Below are positions 59,881 to 64,000 of a stretch of DNA of 64,000 nucleotides, piece after piece. The DNA is from Gammaproteobacteria bacterium. GTDB lineage: Bacteria > Pseudomonadota > Gammaproteobacteria > SZUA-229. Below the pieces are notes generated by a model, which worked only from the letters and a program-made list of their open reading frames with translations, had not been told where the DNA came from and ran no database searches. Numbering within the stretch: the stretch's first letter is position 1; each line of letters opens with the position of its first letter. Location of the stretch: positions 136,900 to 200,899 of the forward strand of contig JAGXGK010000015.1 in assembly GCA_024636785.1 (NCBI GenBank), given 5' to 3'. The translations under genes were made by a program, and so were the position numbers.

Positions 59881-61383
59881 ATGTGTGGTATCGCTGGTAT
59901 CGTTAGTCATTCACCGGTCAATATTGATCTGTACGAATCCCTGTCTGTTTTGCAGCATCGAGGTCAGGATGCCGCCGGCATCGTCACCTGTGATCAGGGC
60001 CGCTTTTACATGCGCAAAGCAAACGGTCTGGTGCGTGATGTTTTCTACAGTCAGCACATCAAAAAGCTGATCGGTAACATGGGTATCGCGCATGTGCGTT
60101 ATCCCACCGCCGGCTGTTCATCCTCGCTGGAGGCGCAGCCCTTTTACGTTAACTCCCCGTACGGCATTGCCCTGGCGCACAACGGTAATCTCACCAATAC
60201 CGAAGCGCTAAAAGAAGAGCTGTTCATGGAAGATCTGCGCCACCTCAATACTGAATCTGACACCGAAGCGCTGCTCAATGTGTTCGCACATGAACTGGCC
60301 ACTCTGGCCAGACCGGCTTTTGATCGCGATGCAATTTTCAAGGCCGTCTCCGCCGTGCACCGTCGTTGCCGGGGCGGCTACGCCGTCATCGCCATGATCG
60401 TAGGCAAGGGCATACTGGCCTTTCGTGATCCTAACGGCATTCGCCCGGTCGTATACGGCAAGCGTGAAACTAAAGCCGGTGTGGAATATATGGTGGCCTC
60501 CGAAAGCGTGGCCTTGCAGGCACAGGGTTTTGAGCTGGTACGCGATCTGGCACCGGGTGAAGCCGTCTTCATTGACCAGGACTGCCAGTTATACAGCCAG
60601 CAATGCGCCGAAAATCCCAAGCTGGTGCCGTGCATTTTTGAGTATGTCTATTTCGCCCGGCCCGATTCCATTATTGATAACGTCTCGGTCTACAAGGCGC
60701 GTTTGCGCATGGGTAAAACGCTGGTGCAAAAAATCCTGCGTGAGCGCCCCGATCACGACATCGATGTGGTCATTCCTATTCCCGATACCAGTCGCAGCAC
60801 CGCGCTGGAAGTGGCCTATCACCTTAATGTGAAATACCGCGAAGGCTTCATTAAAAATCGCTACATTGGCCGTACCTTCATCATGCCGGGCCAGCAGGAG
60901 CGCAAGAAATCCGTGCGCCAGAAACTCAACCCCATCGGTCTGGAATTCTCGGGCAAAAACGTATTGCTGGTCGATGATTCAATTGTGCGTGGCACCACCT
61001 CCAAACAGATTATTCAGATGGCACGCGAAGCGGGCGCGAAAAAAGTTTATATGGCCTCAGCAGCGCCACCGGTGCGTTACCCCAATGTCTATGGCATCGA
61101 CATGCCGGCACCGGAAGAGTTTGTCGCCCATAACCGCACCGTGGAAGAAATCGGCGAACTGATCGGTGCCGACTGGCTGATTTATCAGGATCTGGAAGAC
61201 CTGGTGGCAGCGGTCAACAAAGGCAATAAAACGCTTAGTGAATTTGACTGCTCCTGCTTTGATGGCAAGTACATCACCAATGATATTGACAGTAAATATT
61301 TCCGCCGACTACAGGACAAACGCAACGACGCCGCAAAACAGGATGTGGAAGACAGAAGTGCGTCTGAAACTGTCGAGCTGTGA
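59881..61383 (+). CDS. purF: amidophosphoribosyltransferase
   Basis: [38 protein letters not shown]. Confidence 0.98.
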   Translation: MCGIAGIVSHSPVNIDLYESLSVLQHRGQDAAGIVTCDQGRFYMRKANGLVRDVFYSQHIKKLIGNMGIAHVRYPTAGCSSSLEAQPFYVNSPYGIALAHNGNLTNTEALKEELFMEDLRHLNTESDTEALLNVFAHELATLARPAFDRDAIFKAVSAVHRRCRGGYAVIAMIVGKGILAFRDPNGIRPVVYGKRETKAGVEYMVASESVALQAQGFELVRDLAPGEAVFIDQDCQLYSQQCAENPKLVPCIFEYVYFARPDSIIDNVSVYKARLRMGKTLVQKILRERPDHDIDVVIPIPDTSRSTALEVAYHLNVKYREGFIKNRYIGRTFIMPGQQERKKSVRQKLNPIGLEFSGKNVLLVDDSIVRGTTSKQIIQMAREAGAKKVYMASAAPPVRYPNVYGIDMPAPEEFVAHNRTVEEIGELIGADWLIYQDLEDLVAAVNKGNKTLSEFDCSCFDGKYITNDIDSKYFRRLQDKRNDAAKQDVEDRSASETVEL

Positions 61384-61393
61384 GATTCTCGAA

Positions 61394-61568
61394 TGAGCGC
61401 AGATGAAATGAAAAATCTTTAAAAATGTCCGCGAAGGACGCGAAAAAAACAAAAGCATATATGGTTTATGCGCCGCAGGCGCACAGGTCGGCATTGCTTT
61501 TATCCGCGTTCATCTGCGTTCATCTGTGGACTAATTAATTTTTTGACCTTTTCGCGTTTTTCGCGGAC
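61394..61568. repeat. interleaved CGCGAA and CGCAGAT inverted arms
   Basis: GTCCGCGAAGGACGCGAA ... TTCGCGTTTTTCGCGGAC; GCGCAGATGAA ... ATCCGCGTTCATCTGCGTTCATCTGTGG. Confidence 0.72.
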
Positions 61569-61606
61569 AATGTGTTTTCTATCCGTAGTGTTCCAATAAT
61601 CAAAAC

Positions 61607-61942
61607 TCATTCCTGCACAATTCTAATTTCTGTTTCAGCCGTTAACTTGTCGATTAAAAACAGCATTTCACCATAAGCGTTGACCAGCATGGGGTCATCA
61701 CCGCAGCCGCAACAGATCACAATCTCGGTAAAGAAAATACCCGCCAGCACCTGAATGTGCCCGTCCTGATCAGTCACCCGTAATATGGTGGCTGTTATTG
61801 CTTCATCGCTGACGTAGCCGCCCTGGTTAGTGGCGCTCTCCAACGGCAACAATTTCCGCTCGCACTGTTCAATCGCCGCTTTTACCCGGCGCGAGAATTC
61901 TTTTGAAGGGTAATGGCTGAGGCATTGTGAAAAATCAATCAT
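61607..61942 (-). CDS. hypothetical protein with CCGCGDDP motif
   Basis: 111-aa ORF, LPL...QGGYV, GIFF.E...CCGCGDDP. Confidence 0.7.
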   Translation of the reverse strand: MIDFSQCLSHYPSKEFSRRVKAAIEQCERKLLPLESATNQGGYVSDEAITATILRVTDQDGHIQVLAGIFFTEIVICCGCGDDPMLVNAYGEMLFLIDKLTAETEIRIVQE

Positions 61943-61978
61943 AATAATGTGGACAGTGTTATAGCTTTTATGGAGTGA

Positions 61979-62146
61979 CCAGGAGGCTGTCGGGCTTAGG
62001 GGGGATTGAAGCGAGGGAGTGGGAGAGTGAGCACACTATTCCCGATTTTGAGGCGCATAGTTATTCTACGCAACGAAAAATCAGGGAGATTTGGGTCGCT
62101 CTCCCGCTTCCGCAGCCAATTCATCCTAAATCCGACGGCCTCCTGG
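61979..62146. mobile_element. MITE (~165 bp) with 22-bp imperfect TIRs
   Basis: CCAGGAGGCTGTCGGGCTTAGG ... CCTAAATCCGACGGCCTCCTGG; central TAGTTATTCTA. Confidence 0.75.
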
Positions 62147-62212
62147 CATTGATTAACGGGCTGACTATGTAATACTAATCGCCCGCAGGATTTTTAACTT
62201 ACAGGCAGAACC

Positions 62213-62695
62213 ATGAACTCCATACATATTAGCATCAAAGACCAGTTATTAACCCTGCGAGATGAAGCCGGGCAGGAGCTGCACCGCTATCCGGTCTCAA
62301 CCTCAAAGTATGGCACCGGTGCACGCAATGACAGTAATCAGACGCCATTAGGGCTGCATCGCATCAAGGATAAAATTGGCGGTGCCATGCCGGTCAACGA
62401 AGTCTTCATCGGCCGCATGCCGCACGGCAATCTGGAAGAGTGTATCGAGGCCGGGGTCGAGCTGCCCGAGGACGTTATCACCAGCCGCATCATGTGGCTG
62501 GAGGGCATGGAGCCGGGCAGAAATCAGGGCGGATATGTAGACAGTTATCAGCGATACATATACATTCACGGTACCAGCGACGAAGACAGCATCGGCACAC
62601 CGGCATCGATAGGCTGCATCCGCATGCTGAATAAAGATGTGGTGGAACTGTTCAGGCTGGTTGAGCCGGGTACTGAAGTGATGATTGAGGAATAA
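62213..62695 (+). CDS. L,D-transpeptidase (YkuD) family protein
   Basis: YPVSTS, TPLG.H, IYIHGT...SIGCIRM. Confidence 0.9.
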   Translation: MNSIHISIKDQLLTLRDEAGQELHRYPVSTSKYGTGARNDSNQTPLGLHRIKDKIGGAMPVNEVFIGRMPHGNLEECIEAGVELPEDVITSRIMWLEGMEPGRNQGGYVDSYQRYIYIHGTSDEDSIGTPASIGCIRMLNKDVVELFRLVEPGTEVMIEE

Positions 62696-62699
62696 AAAA

Positions 62700-63884
62700 A
62701 TGAGCGATTATGTAGACGACGGCAATGACGGCTTTGCCACACGCGCGGTGCGTGCCGGGCAGGTGCGCACGCATGAAGGCGAACACGGCGAACCCATCTT
62801 CCCGACTTCGAGTTTTGTTTTCGCCTCCGCCGCCGAAGCCGCCGCCCGTTTCTCCGGTGAACAGCCGGGCAACATCTATTCGCGCTTCACCAATCCCACC
62901 GTGCGCACGTTTGAAGAGCGCCTGGCCTCGCTGGAAGGTGCTGAACGCTGCGTCGCCACCGCCTCGGGCATGTCGGCGATCACCAGCACCTTTCTCGGCC
63001 TGTTGAGCGCGGGCGATCACATCGTCTCTTCGCGCAGCATCTTTGGCACCACCACGGTTCTGTTCACCAGCTTCATGGCCAAACTCGGCATCGCCACCAC
63101 CTTTGTCGATCTGCCCGACCTCAATGCCTGGGAAACAGCGATCACGCCCAAAACCAGATTGCTGTTTCTGGAAACCCCCTCCAACCCGTTACTCGATCTG
63201 GTGGATATCAAAGCGCTCGCTGAAATCGCGCACCGCAAAGACTGTCTGCTGGTGGTCGATAACTGCCTGTGCACCCCCGCGCTGCAACAACCGCTGGCAC
63301 TGGGTGCCGACATCATTATTCACTCCGCCACCAAATACATCGACGGCCAGGGTCGCTGCATGGGTGGCGCAGTCTGCGGCACGCATGAAATAGTCGGCGG
63401 CGGCGTCTACGGATTTTTGCGCTCCGCCGGTCCCACCATGAGCGCGTTCAACGCCTGGGTGTTTTTAAAAGGGCTGGAAACACTGCAACTGCGCATGAAA
63501 GCCCATTGCGAAAATGCACAGGCACTGGCCGAATGGCTGGAACAGCAGCCCAACGTGAAACGAGTCTATTATCCCGGTCTGCCCAGCCATTCTCAGCACA
63601 TGCTGGCCAAACGCCAGCAGAGCGGTTTCGGTGGTCTGGTCTCCTTTGAATTAAACGGTGGCAAGGAAGAGGGCTGGAAGTTGATCGATGCCACGAAGAT
63701 GGTTTCCATCACCGCTAATCTGGGCGACACCAAAACCACGATCACGCATCCGGCCACGACCACGCATGGGCGGTTAACACCCGAACAAAAACAGGAAGCG
63801 GGGATTTCAGATGCTTTGATTCGAGTCGCTGTGGGGCTGGAGGATATTGAGGATATTAAGGCGGATTTAGCGAGAGGCATGTAA
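62700..63884 (+). CDS. metZ: O-succinylhomoserine sulfhydrylase
   Basis: YSRFTNPTV, SGMSAI, ETPSNP, HSATKYIDGQGR, ANLGD.K, HPATTTHGRL. Confidence 0.93.
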   Translation: MSDYVDDGNDGFATRAVRAGQVRTHEGEHGEPIFPTSSFVFASAAEAAARFSGEQPGNIYSRFTNPTVRTFEERLASLEGAERCVATASGMSAITSTFLGLLSAGDHIVSSRSIFGTTTVLFTSFMAKLGIATTFVDLPDLNAWETAITPKTRLLFLETPSNPLLDLVDIKALAEIAHRKDCLLVVDNCLCTPALQQPLALGADIIIHSATKYIDGQGRCMGGAVCGTHEIVGGGVYGFLRSAGPTMSAFNAWVFLKGLETLQLRMKAHCENAQALAEWLEQQPNVKRVYYPGLPSHSQHMLAKRQQSGFGGLVSFELNGGKEEGWKLIDATKMVSITANLGDTKTTITHPATTTHGRLTPEQKQEAGISDALIRVAVGLEDIEDIKADLARGM

Positions 63885-63890
63885 TTTTAT

Positions 63891-63943
63891 TCGTCATGCC
63901 GGCGGCATGCTTTTGGCCGGAGTAGTGGTGCATGGATGCACCG
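63891..63943. repeat. REP-like palindromes after metZ
   Basis: GTCATGCCGGCGGCATG and GGTGCATGGATGCACC hairpins. Confidence 0.45.
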
Positions 63944-64000
63944 TTATCGAATCTAAGGATGAAATCTACATTTGGGCTTTTGTAAAATACCAAGCCTTCT

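Noticed and set aside
62696-62699. SAM riboswitch upstream of metZ, or attenuator leaders for trp/leu genes
   Set aside because: metZ starts 4 nt after the upstream gene; no Trp- or Leu-rich leader peptide seen before trpF or leuC

Overview
64 kb of chromosome from a chemolithotrophic sulfur-oxidising gammaproteobacterium (probably marine; inferred from gene content). It has two conserved housekeeping blocks: parC'-fimX-fimW-epmB/efp/epmA...psd-aroC, and LysR-leuCD-leuB-asd-fimV-truA-trpFBA-accD-folC-dedD-cvpA-purF...metZ. Between them lies an accessory region (~17-43 kb) centred on sulfur metabolism. That region holds an exported tandem DUF302-like protein, a TlpA thioredoxin, an exported rhodanese paired with a membrane HAMP-PAS sensor lacking any kinase/GGDEF/MCP output, and an unannotated decayed soeA-like relic back-to-back with aprMBA (no sat in the window). 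It continues with a PPIase-TPR-HIT cluster, a SoxW-like thioredoxin-TolC-mini-adaptor operon, a SWIM-SNF2 helicase and a doeBDAC-type ectoine catabolic operon. Non-coding signals are a cluster of CANGGANG hairpins (CsrB/Rsm-like RNA candidate), three MITEs, and a family of intergenic inverted arms built from CGCAGAG/CGCGAA/CGCAGAT units. No rRNA, tRNA, CRISPR array, integrase or transposase was seen. All calls come from reading motifs by eye; no database searches were run.
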